From the IMG/VR virus record IMGVR_UViG_3300005549_000008: a stretch of 62,820 nt of DNA. One strand, 5' to 3'. The notes under the pieces are model-generated. The model made no database searches. It had not been told where the DNA came from and worked only from the letters and a program-made list of their open reading frames with translations. Shown here piece after piece: positions 8,593 to 18,158 of this stretch (position 1 is the first letter of the stretch; the number at the start of each line of letters is the position of its first letter). The position numbers were made by a program, and so were the translations under genes. Origin of the DNA: an uncultured virus (IMG/VR IMGVR_UViG_3300005549_000008). Taxonomy: Duplodnaviria; Heunggongvirae; Uroviricota; Caudoviricetes.

Positions 8593-9896
8593 GATTTCCT
8601 CTTAGATCGCAGGTAGGCTTGCGCCTCGGGCCGCGCGGCAGCCGCTTCTATGATCAAGTCTGCCATCTGCTGACCCACTACTTCCGAAGAGTAAATATTC
8701 AGCTTCTGGTCGCGCTGATGCGAGCTCGGCACCGTTGCTTGCTTCAGTACAGCAGCCAGATCTCCAACATTAAAATCAGCCCACTGCGCACCGGCCTCCC
8801 ATCCGTAACTAGAATGCGCCAATCCCGGCCAGGACTGCACGCGCAGATCATCCAGGCTCGAGAAGTCGGTGGTTCCACCGTATGGCACGTGCACCAGCGC
8901 GTTCCCGGCGAGCTTCGCCTCGAACGCCGGCAGGCACCACGCTTCGCCGTGGCTAGCGGCGACGTAGATGTTGTTCCGGAAGTGCATACGCACGATCTTG
9001 TCGCGTGGGATCCGTTCCCCAATCAGCTCCACGCGCGCCTCAATCTTAATTGGTGTCCACCCCATCGCACGAACGTTCGGGTGCTCTGCCCAGTACTGCA
9101 GTGCCTCCTTCGGAGTGGGATAGCCAAGCCAGTCACCGCCGGTGTATTTGATCGTCAGCCGCGCTTGGTCAGTGTACCGATAGGCTTGTAAAAACGCTCC
9201 GATGAGCTCGTGGTAGGCCTTGCGTGGCTCCCAACGACCGATGGAATAGAACAGTTTCCATCCTTCATGCATGTCCACGGGGCGCCGAGTGAGCACGTGT
9301 AGATTGTCAGAAGGATCGAACGGGTGTGGCACCACATGAATCTTGGCCGGCGGCACTCCCGACGCTTCCAACATCAGCGCATTGTGAGTACTGGGCACCC
9401 AGCACTGGCATACTTTTGATAAGTGCCGCGCAATCTCCGGATCGACCCGATCTCGCTCCCAGACGCTGTAAATGATCGTGGCGGCGTACGCCTGTTCACG
9501 CAGTTTCATTCCTTCCTCTACGCTCTGACTCGAAGAGGCTGCCGCGCGAATACCCTTCGGCACAATGACCTGACGTAGATGCTCCCCGCTGCGCACCACC
9601 AGGTGACGAATCACTGGAAACAGCGACGAGCCGGTGGCCTGAATCAGATCCCCAACTTCGTGTACTACCTGATCAGGAATACCGGTGGCATAGACGGGCG
9701 CCGCAACACCGTGCTCATCGACCACGATGTGTGAGAAACTCTGGAGAACAACTGGGATGCCGGTGCTCGCTAGAGCCCGAGCATGGGAACGCACAGCAAC
9801 CGCAGTGCCATCCCAGACTGTTTCGAACTCACCGCAGTACGAGACTGCGTACGGGTGTTTCGATTGAGTACCGGGAGCGAAGTAGTCATCGGTCAT
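8589..9896 (-). CDS. Glycosyltransferase family 4-like
   Basis: FYSIGRWEPRK and ASHGEAWCLPAFEA (EX7E); start taken at MTDDY. Confidence 0.85.
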   Translation of the reverse strand: MTDDYFAPGTQSKHPYAVSYCGEFETVWDGTAVAVRSHARALASTGIPVVLQSFSHIVVDEHGVAAPVYATGIPDQVVHEVGDLIQATGSSLFPVIRHLVVRSGEHLRQVIVPKGIRAAASSSQSVEEGMKLREQAYAATIIYSVWERDRVDPEIARHLSKVCQCWVPSTHNALMLEASGVPPAKIHVVPHPFDPSDNLHVLTRRPVDMHEGWKLFYSIGRWEPRKAYHELIGAFLQAYRYTDQARLTIKYTGGDWLGYPTPKEALQYWAEHPNVRAMGWTPIKIEARVELIGERIPRDKIVRMHFRNNIYVAASHGEAWCLPAFEAKLAGNALVHVPYGGTTDFSSLDDLRVQSWPGLAHSSYGWEAGAQWADFNVGDLAAVLKQATVPSSHQRDQKLNIYSSEVVGQQMADLIIEAAAARPEAQAYLRSKRKS

Positions 9897-10009
9897 GTCC
9901 GCAGAGCCCGTGAGAGAAGTTCTTGCACGTGACGCTGCCCTTTTCGAACCACAAGCCGTGCCACCGAATAGCCTAAAATGTATCGCAGAACCAGCTCTCG
10001 CAGCATCCT

Positions 10010-10579
10010 TCAGAAATTCCTTATCACCGAGTTCTCGATCTTGAATCGCCACTCACAACCGAGCCCAGGGCAGCGCGTCCAGTCCGTCAGGTTGATGCTT
10101 CCTGCCAAGGTAACCAGATCTGATGGGTCGGTGGGATTGACCCAGATCTCACCTTGGCGCCGCGTGTCGAGCTCGAACTTTCGATTGCTCTGGTGGATTT
10201 TGAAGTTGGGTGTCTGCGGGTCGCGATGGAGACAGCGCGGACAGGCCATATTCAGAACCAGCTCGTCCGGAGTCACGATCAATTCGCACTTGATCCACTC
10301 GACAGGCTTCCGGTCACTGTTCTGAATCTCGAGCACGATCATCAGCGTGGACTGCTGACCACCGAGGCGCAGCGAGTGCATTCGCGCCTCGAGCGGATTC
10401 TCTCGCGCCACACGAAACTGCTCGTCCTGTTGCTTGCGTCGCTGCTCAGCCTGGGCCCGAGCCTGCTGCTGCTGCTTCTCGTAACCACTGCTGACCGTCC
10501 CGCCTCGGACCCAGGATGTCAGCGGGTTGGCGAGCTCGGTTTTCGGTGCTGCCTTGGGACTATCAGGTGGCTCCGTCAT
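10010..10579 (-). CDS. Hypothetical protein with Cys pairs
   Basis: CPRC and CPGLGC; first gene of the leftward operon. Confidence 0.65.
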   Translation of the reverse strand: MTEPPDSPKAAPKTELANPLTSWVRGGTVSSGYEKQQQQARAQAEQRRKQQDEQFRVARENPLEARMHSLRLGGQQSTLMIVLEIQNSDRKPVEWIKCELIVTPDELVLNMACPRCLHRDPQTPNFKIHQSNRKFELDTRRQGEIWVNPTDPSDLVTLAGSINLTDWTRCPGLGCEWRFKIENSVIRNF

Positions 10580-10581
10580 GT

Positions 10582-10680
10582 AGCAACCCTGATATCACCG
10601 CCCGTCCTACAGCGTCAACGGTTAGCTTGACAGCTGTCTATCTACCTGACAGCATCGGGCGCGCTAAAAGGGATTGGTGA
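10582..10680. promoter_or_regulatory. Divergent promoter region
   Basis: TTGACG on the minus strand and TTGACA on the plus strand between divergent genes. Confidence 0.45.
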
Positions 10681-10681
10681 G

Positions 10682-11485
10682 ATGACCGAAACCCTGACTC
10701 AACCACAGGTACCACCACGCGAGGACGACGACGAACCCTGCGGACTCACCAAGGGTCAAATTCGTGGCCTCTGCGAGCCGCGCCTTCCTGAGGTGTTTCT
10801 AAGACAGAACCCCTCGCTCTACTCCCTGCTCGTCGGCGCCATCAACGCGCGCGAGCAGGAGCTGCAAAACGCGCTGCTCGGTCAGGAGACTCTGGTAAAA
10901 ATGTGTTCGGTGCTCGGTGTCACCAAGGGCGACATCGACCAGCGCTGCAACGAAACTCTCAAGCGCTTGCATGATGAACTCGCCAAGGCCAAGGAGCACC
11001 TGGCGTGTGACCGGAAACGCTCCGATCTCAAACTGGAACTGCAGCGCGCTACCGACCTCGTGCAATCCGTCAGCACCGCACTGGGCTTACGCGGCACCTT
11101 CGGCGCCGGCATTCTCTTCTCCGCTCCGGAGCTGCGTGCACTATTCGACATTGCTACCGCCATCGTCAGCCTGTGCCGCATGGAAAACCTCTGCTTCTTC
11201 TGCCCTGACTACGACAGTTCAGGACATAAGAAGAATTGCCCGATTGTCGCTTACGAAGCGCTACCGAAGCATGGTGGTGTGGGCACCTATAAGATGAAGA
11301 AGCCCTGGGGTTCGACACGCACCTGTCGCGCATTCCAGGTCCGAACTCAAATCGAGATCTCGACCGGCAGCATATTCTTGACCGCCTACGAGAGCGACTG
11401 GGTGATCACGCCTCCCGAACATAGTCTTCAGCCAGTGATCATGACCGATCGCGCATTCCGCGAGATATTCGAGCTCGTCCCGTGA
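10682..11485 (+). CDS. Hypothetical protein
   Basis: 267-aa ORF with coiled coil and CFFC...HKKNC. Confidence 0.65.
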   Translation: MTETLTQPQVPPREDDDEPCGLTKGQIRGLCEPRLPEVFLRQNPSLYSLLVGAINAREQELQNALLGQETLVKMCSVLGVTKGDIDQRCNETLKRLHDELAKAKEHLACDRKRSDLKLELQRATDLVQSVSTALGLRGTFGAGILFSAPELRALFDIATAIVSLCRMENLCFFCPDYDSSGHKKNCPIVAYEALPKHGGVGTYKMKKPWGSTRTCRAFQVRTQIEISTGSIFLTAYESDWVITPPEHSLQPVIMTDRAFREIFELVP

Positions 11486-11991
11486 GCGTCGAGCATTCCG
11501 AACCATGTGGCCGATGTGGAGTGCTGGGCAAGGACCGCCGCACGCTCTGGATGGCTTGTCTCTACAAGCTGAGCGAGCTCGGGATTCCATTCGAACAAGT
11601 TGCGCTCCACAGCGTGCTGCTAAAGAAAGAGGGCGAGGACTCCACGTGGGGATGGCCTATATTCGAGGAACCCCCGGATCAATGGGACAAACGGGCACAG
11701 TCGCGGGCATTCTACACGTTGAGGGTATGCAAGGGCTGCCGGGGCGCTTGGATGGACGCAATTCAGCAATGGTTCCGCGCGCCGATCGACGGCATCGCGC
11801 GCTACAACAACGACTGCTCCGATCGATTCCCGGACGATAATTTACCGCAGTTGATCGCCGATCTTGAGGCAAAGACTCGCGAGCTCGAAGGTCTGAAGCA
11901 GCGACTCGAGTACGCGCTAGCTAACGGTCGCGCCGAGCTCGATCGGCGCCAACACGAACGCCTCAACAGGCTTCCCGATGAGGACTCGTGA
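11482..11991 (+). CDS. Hypothetical Zn-binding protein
   Basis: CGRC...CKGC; GTGA overlap. Confidence 0.65.
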   Translation: MSVEHSEPCGRCGVLGKDRRTLWMACLYKLSELGIPFEQVALHSVLLKKEGEDSTWGWPIFEEPPDQWDKRAQSRAFYTLRVCKGCRGAWMDAIQQWFRAPIDGIARYNNDCSDRFPDDNLPQLIADLEAKTRELEGLKQRLEYALANGRAELDRRQHERLNRLPDEDS

Positions 11992-12308
11992 GCATCCATA
12001 GCTGGTTCTGTCGACACCAGATGGTGGAGCAACCACCGAGTGGCCCCACTTGTCGCATATTTCTTTGCTCGCGCTGTGGACTACTTCGTTCGCTCACTGT
12101 TCCGTGTGTGCACGCTTGGATGGAACTCGAGCGCCATCTCACGAAACCGATCGCCCACATCGGTGGCGTCACTGGAGGTCAGTACACCGAGGCGATGTGG
12201 TTCGCTGCGCATACCGGGCGCATGGAGTTGATGCAGGGTAAGGTGACCATCATCTACCGCTGTGCAAACTGCCAAAAGCATGAGCTCATCGTAACCGCGG
12301 GAGCCTGA
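11988..12308 (+). CDS. Hypothetical Cys/His-rich protein
   Basis: CRH/CSRC and CVH/CANC; GTGA overlap. Confidence 0.55.
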   Translation: MSIHSWFCRHQMVEQPPSGPTCRIFLCSRCGLLRSLTVPCVHAWMELERHLTKPIAHIGGVTGGQYTEAMWFAAHTGRMELMQGKVTIIYRCANCQKHELIVTAGA

Positions 12309-12310
12309 TC

Positions 12311-12610
12311 GTGGTCAACACTGGCACACCGGTGTTTGTGATAAGCGAAGCGCGCTCCCTCGTTCATCGGGAATCGATTGGCAAGGTATTCGTCTACGAG
12401 CCGCCCTTCGGATGGAGCGGAGAATGGCCGGGGTGGAAGTGGCACGATCATCAGCGTGGTCGGGAGCCTTTCACTAGCTGGCAACAAGTCCGCGATTGGT
12501 TCTACGGGATCCCCCATCCCACCGATCCCGAACGGGTCGTAGCTATTCTATTCGGCGTACACCGATCAATCAGCGCGTCGCCCAGCCACCCTCACGCTCC
12601 GGACTCGTGA
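12311..12610 (+). CDS. Hypothetical protein
   Basis: Operon-packed ORF. Confidence 0.45.
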   Translation: MVNTGTPVFVISEARSLVHRESIGKVFVYEPPFGWSGEWPGWKWHDHQRGREPFTSWQQVRDWFYGIPHPTDPERVVAILFGVHRSISASPSHPHAPDS

Positions 12611-12932
12611 TACTCCACATCCAGATGCCGGCGGCGAGCGCGACGAGGCCTGTGGCCAACCAGCGCCCCGCAGGATGCTTCGCCAGCCCCTCGGCGGCAT
12701 AGTAGCCGGCAGCGTACGAAACCACGTCTCCGACGCTATTTTGCCAACCGTCAGGGCGCGAATCCGGCCAGATGTCTTTCACGGCGAGCTTGAGCGGATT
12801 CTCGATGAGCTCGAATGCTACCGAGCCCGCGATTGCCGGCAGCGCCGGCACGCGCGAGGCCTGGGCCACGGCACCGAGCGCGGCATGCGCCACACTGAAG
12901 CGATCGAAGAAAAGTCGATTAGGCTCGGTCAC
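12570..12932 (-). CDS. Small membrane protein
   Basis: FDRFSVAHAALG...FELIEN...NSVGDV with hydrophobic helices. Confidence 0.6.
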   Translation of the reverse strand: MTEPNRLFFDRFSVAHAALGAVAQASRVPALPAIAGSVAFELIENPLKLAVKDIWPDSRPDGWQNSVGDVVSYAAGYYAAEGLAKHPAGRWLATGLVALAAGIWMWSITSPEREGGWATR

Positions 12933-13125
12933 TCAAAAACCTCGTGAGCAAGTAGCCATCCACAACCAGCGTTCCCGCTGCGCAGACGCCGGACAGAATG
13001 CGTGCCCACTGCGGGAGCGCCGACTGCCGCGCCAGCCATACCCAAAACGGCACCATCACCGTGACGGCAGCGAGCTCACTCACTACGTGCACCGTGCGTT
13101 GCGCAGGAGTAATGCAGGACGGCAT
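12919..13125 (-). CDS. Small membrane protein
   Basis: Two hydrophobic segments; operon-packed. Confidence 0.5.
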   Translation of the reverse strand: MPSCITPAQRTVHVVSELAAVTVMVPFWVWLARQSALPQWARILSGVCAAGTLVVDGYLLTRFLSDRA

Positions 13126-13445
13126 CAGTGTAGCCCCGCATACAGCAGAGTGGTCAGCGTGGACAACATCACTCCGCTGATGAACCCAACGGTGCCACCC
13201 ACCCAGAACATGATGAACATCCCTCGCGAGATGGCGATGGCCTGCTCGCGAGTGAAGTCCTTGTTCGCGGTGAGCTTGCGCACCATCATTGCGGTGGCTC
13301 GCCCGCGCATCACCGCGCTCGCGGGTTCTCGCGCGCCATCAGATAGAGTCCGAGCACACCGAAGGCAGCGGCTATCCCGTAGAGCCAGAACTGACCCTTG
13401 GTGGGCGTCGGCGTGACGCCGACTGCATTCGCGGCACACCCGCAA
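13125..13445 (-). CDS. Hypothetical protein, Cys-rich N-terminus and C-terminal TM
   Basis: CREC...CLRC and hydrophobic tail. Confidence 0.45.
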   Translation of the reverse strand: MRVCRECSRRHADAHQGSVLALRDSRCLRCARTLSDGAREPASAVMRGRATAMMVRKLTANKDFTREQAIAISRGMFIMFWVGGTVGFISGVMLSTLTTLLYAGLH

Positions 13446-13470
13446 CCTCTAGCCGGCGCCGGGTACACCA

Positions 13471-13881
13471 TCAGGCTCGACGGTGCTCCATCGCGGTCAC
13501 CAACAAAAGGCCTCCTACACAGACCGCCATGACCGCGGCGAGGGCCTGGCCGGTGGTAATCTCACCCAGTCCGCTCGTGGGCTTCGCGCAGCCGCAGCCC
13601 CGCGCTCCCTGCATGGAGGGCGGCTGCATGCAACCGAGGCCACTGATCGGGCGCAGTAGCTGATTGCGATAGTAGGCGCCGAGCCCGGCGATGGGACGCA
13701 CGAGCTGGTTGCGGTAGTAGGCGCCGAGGCCCTCCATCGCAAGCAGCGGCGGCCCCACCAGATTGGGATTGTCACCCCAACCGGGCACCGGCGCGACGCT
13801 CCAGCCTTCGGCGCCGGCATGCCAGGGCGTGTCCGGCGTGAACATCTGGTAAAATTCGGGAGTAACGGGCTGATAGGACAT
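13471..13881 (-). CDS. Putative virion membrane protein with GLG repeats
   Basis: Tandem GLGAYYRNQL(V/L)RPI; C-terminal TM then EHRRA. Confidence 0.7.
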   Translation of the reverse strand: MSYQPVTPEFYQMFTPDTPWHAGAEGWSVAPVPGWGDNPNLVGPPLLAMEGLGAYYRNQLVRPIAGLGAYYRNQLLRPISGLGCMQPPSMQGARGCGCAKPTSGLGEITTGQALAAVMAVCVGGLLLVTAMEHRRA

Positions 13882-13903
13882 CGGGCCTCTCCCAAGCAGG
13901 CTA

Positions 13904-14491
13904 TCACGACTCCCCGGGGTACTCACCTTTTAGGACGTCAAATGCCCGCTGCACGTCCTTGAATTTTTGCTCGGCATTAGCCTTGTCGAAGACGTTGCTC
14001 TGCATGTACTTGTCGGGATGCCACGCTGCGCTTTCCTTCTTGTAGGCGGCCTTGATCTTTGGCCACAGCGACCCTTTTTTCACGCCCAGCACCTTGCAGG
14101 CCCAGGCCGAATCCTCGCCGGGCGCCCGCGCTGCAGCAACCGCCCGCTCCTTGTGCTTGAGCTCGATGAGCTCCACGCAGCACAGAAAGCAGATCGCCTC
14201 ACCCTGAGAGTCAATGCGCGCGTGGTTCAGGCAGCAGGACTTGCCGCAGGCCTGGCAGATCGCAATCGCCGCGCCCGGGCAGCGGCCGGCGACGCGCCCG
14301 CGCTGCATGTGCGGCACCTCGCAGGTGACACCCACGGCCAGCCGATGCAGCCACTTGCCGGTGGCGTTCTCGAGCAGGGTCGTAAACCACGGCCGGAGCT
14401 CGCTCCACACACGACTGTGGGCATCCGGCGGAGCTCCCTGAAAGGCCGAGGCGACCCGCGCCACGGTCGCCATGAACTCGCTGAACGCCAT
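13904..14491 (-). CDS. Zn-finger plus C-terminal DnaJ (J-domain) protein
   Basis: CQACGKSCCLNH...CFLC; IKAAYKK...WHPDK...FKDVQRAFDVL. Confidence 0.85.
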   Translation of the reverse strand: MAFSEFMATVARVASAFQGAPPDAHSRVWSELRPWFTTLLENATGKWLHRLAVGVTCEVPHMQRGRVAGRCPGAAIAICQACGKSCCLNHARIDSQGEAICFLCCVELIELKHKERAVAAARAPGEDSAWACKVLGVKKGSLWPKIKAAYKKESAAWHPDKYMQSNVFDKANAEQKFKDVQRAFDVLKGEYPGES

Positions 14492-14537
14492 TCAGGCCCA
14501 GCCTAGTGCATCGACCACTAGGCCGGCAAGGGCTGCC

Positions 14538-14936
14538 CTACAGGAACAGACGCAGCGTGGGGTTCGATGCCTTGATGGCTGCGATCAGGGACGCCGCTGC
14601 CTGCGTACCGGACAGCACATCGGGATGGGTAGAGCCTGCGCGGCGAACGAGTGCGCCCTGGATCGCGCCACCCATGCCCTGGAGCGCGCGTCCGCTCACC
14701 TGGAATAGGTAGGCCGCATACGCTGCCTTGTACCAGGGCAGCGGCGCCGCCATCGACTGCTCGAACGACACGATCCCGCGATAGACCACGTCGCGCACAT
14801 ACTTCGTCGCAGCCACGAGCGGCCGCATCTCGTTGACGAAGTCCGCGGGCGTGCCGACGGGCAGAGCCGTAGGCGCGGGAGCCGACGCAGCGCTCTCGCG
14901 CGTGAGCCCCAGTGAATTGCCAAAAATGCCGGTCAT
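14538..14936 (-). CDS. Hypothetical structural-module protein
   Basis: GAGGC RBS-like site and ATG, in operon. Confidence 0.6.
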   Translation of the reverse strand: MTGIFGNSLGLTRESAASAPAPTALPVGTPADFVNEMRPLVAATKYVRDVVYRGIVSFEQSMAAPLPWYKAAYAAYLFQVSGRALQGMGGAIQGALVRRAGSTHPDVLSGTQAAASLIAAIKASNPTLRLFL

Positions 14937-14948
14937 ATTCGCCTCCTC

Positions 14949-15677
14949 TTAGGGTGAAGGCCGAATCGTCATCACCATGCGCAGGACGTTGAGATCCAGA
15001 TCTCCTGCGGTGATGTTTTTGACGGCGGGTTGAATCGTCACACCGTTCGCCAGCACCGCGTGGCGGACCGAGCGAATCATGCAGGGCGCGTCCTGCGTGG
15101 CGTTCGTCATGCACTCCTGTTGATAGGGCGCATTGGTGGTCGTGCCGATCAGATCGCCGTTGACCGCGGGTGCGACTGCGATCTGTGACGCCGTGCCGGA
15201 TTGACCGTTGCCGATCGAAGCATCGACTGCGATCTCGAACGTGCGCAAACCCGGACCGTTGTAGGTCAGGATGCCCGCCGCCGCCGTGAGCGTGAACATG
15301 TTCGCGATGACGCTGCCCGCGGCAAAGGTGCCGCCGGTGATCGCCGACCACGTGTTGGTGGTGACCGCCAAGTCAGCCACCCCAGGCGGAGTGAGCTGAA
15401 TCGCAGCCGACCACGCCGGGTTCGCTGACGAGAAGGTGCTGGAGAGTAGGACCCAGCGCCCCGGGCCCGCCGCCGGCACGATGATGGCGTTGGTCACTGC
15501 CGTCGCCGTAGACGCGCGCTGGAACTGAAAGACCGCGCCCGAGGATACGACATACGCAATGGCCCCATCGGGCACTTCGAAGGTGTTCTGGGCCTGCAGC
15601 GAATCGTCGGCGCCCGTGGTGGCCGGGAACGGACCGAGTACCCGCAACGCGGGAGGACTACAGTAATCTTTGGACAT
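14949..15677 (-). CDS. Putative spike/fibre protein, paralog 1
   Basis: Beta-rich; shares RVLGP..GADDSL..NT.E.PDG and TNATQD..P..KNIT blocks with two neighbours. Confidence 0.65.
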   Translation of the reverse strand: MSKDYCSPPALRVLGPFPATTGADDSLQAQNTFEVPDGAIAYVVSSGAVFQFQRASTATAVTNAIIVPAAGPGRWVLLSSTFSSANPAWSAAIQLTPPGVADLAVTTNTWSAITGGTFAAGSVIANMFTLTAAAGILTYNGPGLRTFEIAVDASIGNGQSGTASQIAVAPAVNGDLIGTTTNAPYQQECMTNATQDAPCMIRSVRHAVLANGVTIQPAVKNITAGDLDLNVLRMVMTIRPSP

Positions 15678-15703
15678 AGCGGGTTACCTTCGTTGTGGGT
15701 GAC

Positions 15704-16414
15704 TCAGAGGACGGGTCGCACCGTCATCACCAGCTTCTGGATGTTGAGATCCAGATCGCCGGCCGTGATGTTCTTGACGATCGGATCGATCGTGAAGCCG
15801 TTCGTCAGCACTGCATAGCGCGTCGCGTGGACATAGTTCGGTACGTCCTGCGTCGCGTTGGTCACCGCCTGTTGCTGGATGGCGTAGTCGGTGGTGCTCG
15901 AGACGTCGCCGTTCACCGAGGCAGCCACCGCAACTTCGATCGCAGCACCCGATTCTCCGTTGCCGATCGAGGCCTCGACACAGATCTCGAAGTAGCGCCC
16001 GCTTGGGCCATTGTAGGTGAGTCGCCCGCTCGCCGTAGTGAGCGAGAACAGCGCGCTGGGCGTACCCTGCGACGCGAACACTGCACCCGAGATCAACGTC
16101 CAGGTATTGCTGACGACCGCAAAGTCGGCGAGCGCAGCCGTGAGCTGAATCGCGCGCGAAAGCTGCTCACCTGCACCAGCGACCAGCAATAGCCAGCGTC
16201 CGACCCCGCCCTGGGCAGGAGCCACGATGACACCGGAAACCGCAGTCGCGGTCGAAAACTTGTTCAGTACGAACACCTGGTTGTTGGTGACGACCGCCAA
16301 ACACCCATCGGGCAGTTCCGAGGTGTTGACTGCCTCGAGCGAATCTTCGGCGCCCGTGACCGCGCTGAGCGGACCGAGGACGCGGAAGTCAGGGGGAAAC
16401 AGATTGCTGGACAT
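15704..16414 (-). CDS. Putative spike/fibre protein, paralog 2
   Basis: Same shared blocks. Confidence 0.65.
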   Translation of the reverse strand: MSSNLFPPDFRVLGPLSAVTGAEDSLEAVNTSELPDGCLAVVTNNQVFVLNKFSTATAVSGVIVAPAQGGVGRWLLLVAGAGEQLSRAIQLTAALADFAVVSNTWTLISGAVFASQGTPSALFSLTTASGRLTYNGPSGRYFEICVEASIGNGESGAAIEVAVAASVNGDVSSTTDYAIQQQAVTNATQDVPNYVHATRYAVLTNGFTIDPIVKNITAGDLDLNIQKLVMTVRPVL

Positions 16415-16440
16415 GTGCGGCTCCTATTCGATGATGAGAC

Positions 16441-17154
16441 TCAGGGCGATGGGGTGACCACGAGCGCCATGCGCTCCAACCGGAGATCGGTGCCGTCGGT
16501 GATATTCTTGAATACCGGATCGATGGTCGCGACCAAGGGTAGCGCCACGTCGCGCGTGGCGCAGATGAAGCTCGGCACGTCTTGCGTCGCGTTGGTCGTT
16601 GTTTCCTGCTGAAACGCGAAGTCGTCCGTGCCGGTCACGTCGCCGCTCACCGACACCGCAGCCGCAATTCGAATTCCCGCCGCCGCGGCCGTGTTGCCGA
16701 TCGAGCAGAGCAGCGAGATGCGGAAGATCCGGTTGGCACGACCGTTGTACGTCAGGCGGCCAGTTGCCGTATCCAGCGTGAATAGTCCGGAATCCGGTGA
16801 ATCCTGCGCAAATACGCCACCGGCCGGCCGCGTCCAGGTATTGGCCGCCACCACAATATCGAGCGGTGACGTACTGAGCATCGCCGAGACCGAGAACTGC
16901 TCGCCCAAGAACCCAAACTGCTGGATCCAGGTGCCGCCGCCGGCTGCTGCCGGCTGGTAGACGCCCACCACCGTAGTGGGGTCGAGGTTCTTGTCGAGCA
17001 AGAAGACGCTACCGCCATTTTCTTGCACGAGCCCGAGCGCGCCATCCGGCAGCTCGAACGTGTTGATGGACTGAAGAGAGTCGTCGGCACCGGATACCGT
17101 GGCGCGCGGACCGGTCACGCGGAATTCGTCTGCAGCGAGATTGTTTCGAGCCAT
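16441..17154 (-). CDS. Putative spike/fibre protein, paralog 3
   Basis: Same shared blocks; AAGGA RBS. Confidence 0.65.
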   Translation of the reverse strand: MARNNLAADEFRVTGPRATVSGADDSLQSINTFELPDGALGLVQENGGSVFLLDKNLDPTTVVGVYQPAAAGGGTWIQQFGFLGEQFSVSAMLSTSPLDIVVAANTWTRPAGGVFAQDSPDSGLFTLDTATGRLTYNGRANRIFRISLLCSIGNTAAAAGIRIAAAVSVSGDVTGTDDFAFQQETTTNATQDVPSFICATRDVALPLVATIDPVFKNITDGTDLRLERMALVVTPSP

Positions 17155-17210
17155 GGTTGCTTTCCTTGTTCAAACGTTCGTTCTAGGGAACCTTCTCAAT
17201 TCCGCCTGAC

Positions 17211-17729
17211 CTAGCGCTTCTTCTTGCCGCTCATCATCACGACCGCGGCCACCACGATCGCGGCGCCGCCGCCGATGAGCAGCGGCCAGTTCGGACCCGA
17301 TGACGTGGCGACCGTCGGCGGAACCACTGCGTCCGCCCCGAACCCGTGCACCGCGCGCTGCTTGGGCTGTAGCGTATGGCGGCGCAGCGCAGCCAGCAGA
17401 CTGCGACGCTGCAGCGTAGTGAGCGGCACCGGCAGTTGCGGCGCCAGCGCCGATCCCGGGAGCGCGCCGACCCCGCGAAATCCGAAGCGGCGGCGCAGGC
17501 CACCTGATGGCGGACGCAGCAGACGCGTGGTCGCGCCGAGCGAACCATCGTGATAGGCCGCATCGTTACGCCAGTCACCGAGCGACCCGTCACGGTACGC
17601 TGCATCATTGAGCACACCGAGCGAGCCGTCTGCGTATTCCCGCACGGAATGCTGGTAGCCCTGAGCCGGAGCTGCCTGACTGAAGACTCCGTCACGGAAT
17701 GCGGATTCACTACCAACTGCTGAGTACAT
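17211..17729 (-). CDS. Putative virion membrane protein with DGSLG repeats
   Basis: Three YxDGSLG repeats; C-terminal TM plus GKKKR. Confidence 0.7.
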   Translation of the reverse strand: MYSAVGSESAFRDGVFSQAAPAQGYQHSVREYADGSLGVLNDAAYRDGSLGDWRNDAAYHDGSLGATTRLLRPPSGGLRRRFGFRGVGALPGSALAPQLPVPLTTLQRRSLLAALRRHTLQPKQRAVHGFGADAVVPPTVATSSGPNWPLLIGGGAAIVVAAVVMMSGKKKR

Positions 17730-17756
17730 TGGGTGCCTCTTCTCCTTGACGATCCG

Positions 17757-17800
17757 ATGCTACCGGTGAGTCTTGTAGCCTTGCAACTTTTTGGGCCGAT
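17757..17800 (-). promoter_or_regulatory. Conserved viral promoter motif copy 3
   Basis: ATCGGCCCAAAAAG-TTGCAA-N18-TAGCAT. Confidence 0.7.
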
Positions 17801-18025
17801 CTACTTGAGCCTTAATTTCTTGCTCACACGGGGTCCGTAATAGAACCCGAGCGCGACGCCGCCCGCGAGCGCGACTGCGACCCACGCCCAGGCGGGGACG
17901 CCCGCCTTGACTTCCGCATCTCCAAGCCCCGCCAGACGCGCTGCCACCTTGAAGGGATTGGGCTCGACACCGCGCACACTCGCCAGAGTGCGTTCGAGAT
18001 CCGAGGGGGAGACCACGAAGTCCAT
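17801..18025 (-). CDS. Small tail-anchored membrane protein
   Basis: LAGLGD motif; C-terminal TM plus basic tail. Confidence 0.65.
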   Translation of the reverse strand: MDFVVSPSDLERTLASVRGVEPNPFKVAARLAGLGDAEVKAGVPAWAWVAVALAGGVALGFYYGPRVSKKLRLK

Positions 18026-18026
18026 T

Positions 18027-18158
18027 TCAGAAGAGCCGCCGCGCGCGAGGTTGCAATGTGCCCCAGAACACCAGGCCCACCGTCCCGAGCACCATCAACC
18101 ACGGCAGCCATGGAAGCGGATCGGGAGGAGGCCCCGAGAGGGCGCGGATCTTAGGCAT
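18027..18158 (-). CDS. 43-aa membrane peptide (MPKIRALSGPPPDPLPWLPWLMVLGTVGLVFWGTLQPRARRLF)
   Basis: Manually translated; exactly fills the gap between neighbours; single TM plus basic tail. Confidence 0.6.
   Translation of the reverse strand: MPKIRALSGPPPDPLPWLPWLMVLGTVGLVFWGTLQPRARRLF

Noticed and set aside
14949..17154. Diversity-generating retroelement acting on the spike paralogs
   Set aside because: No reverse transcriptase and no adenine-specific template/variable repeat pair seen
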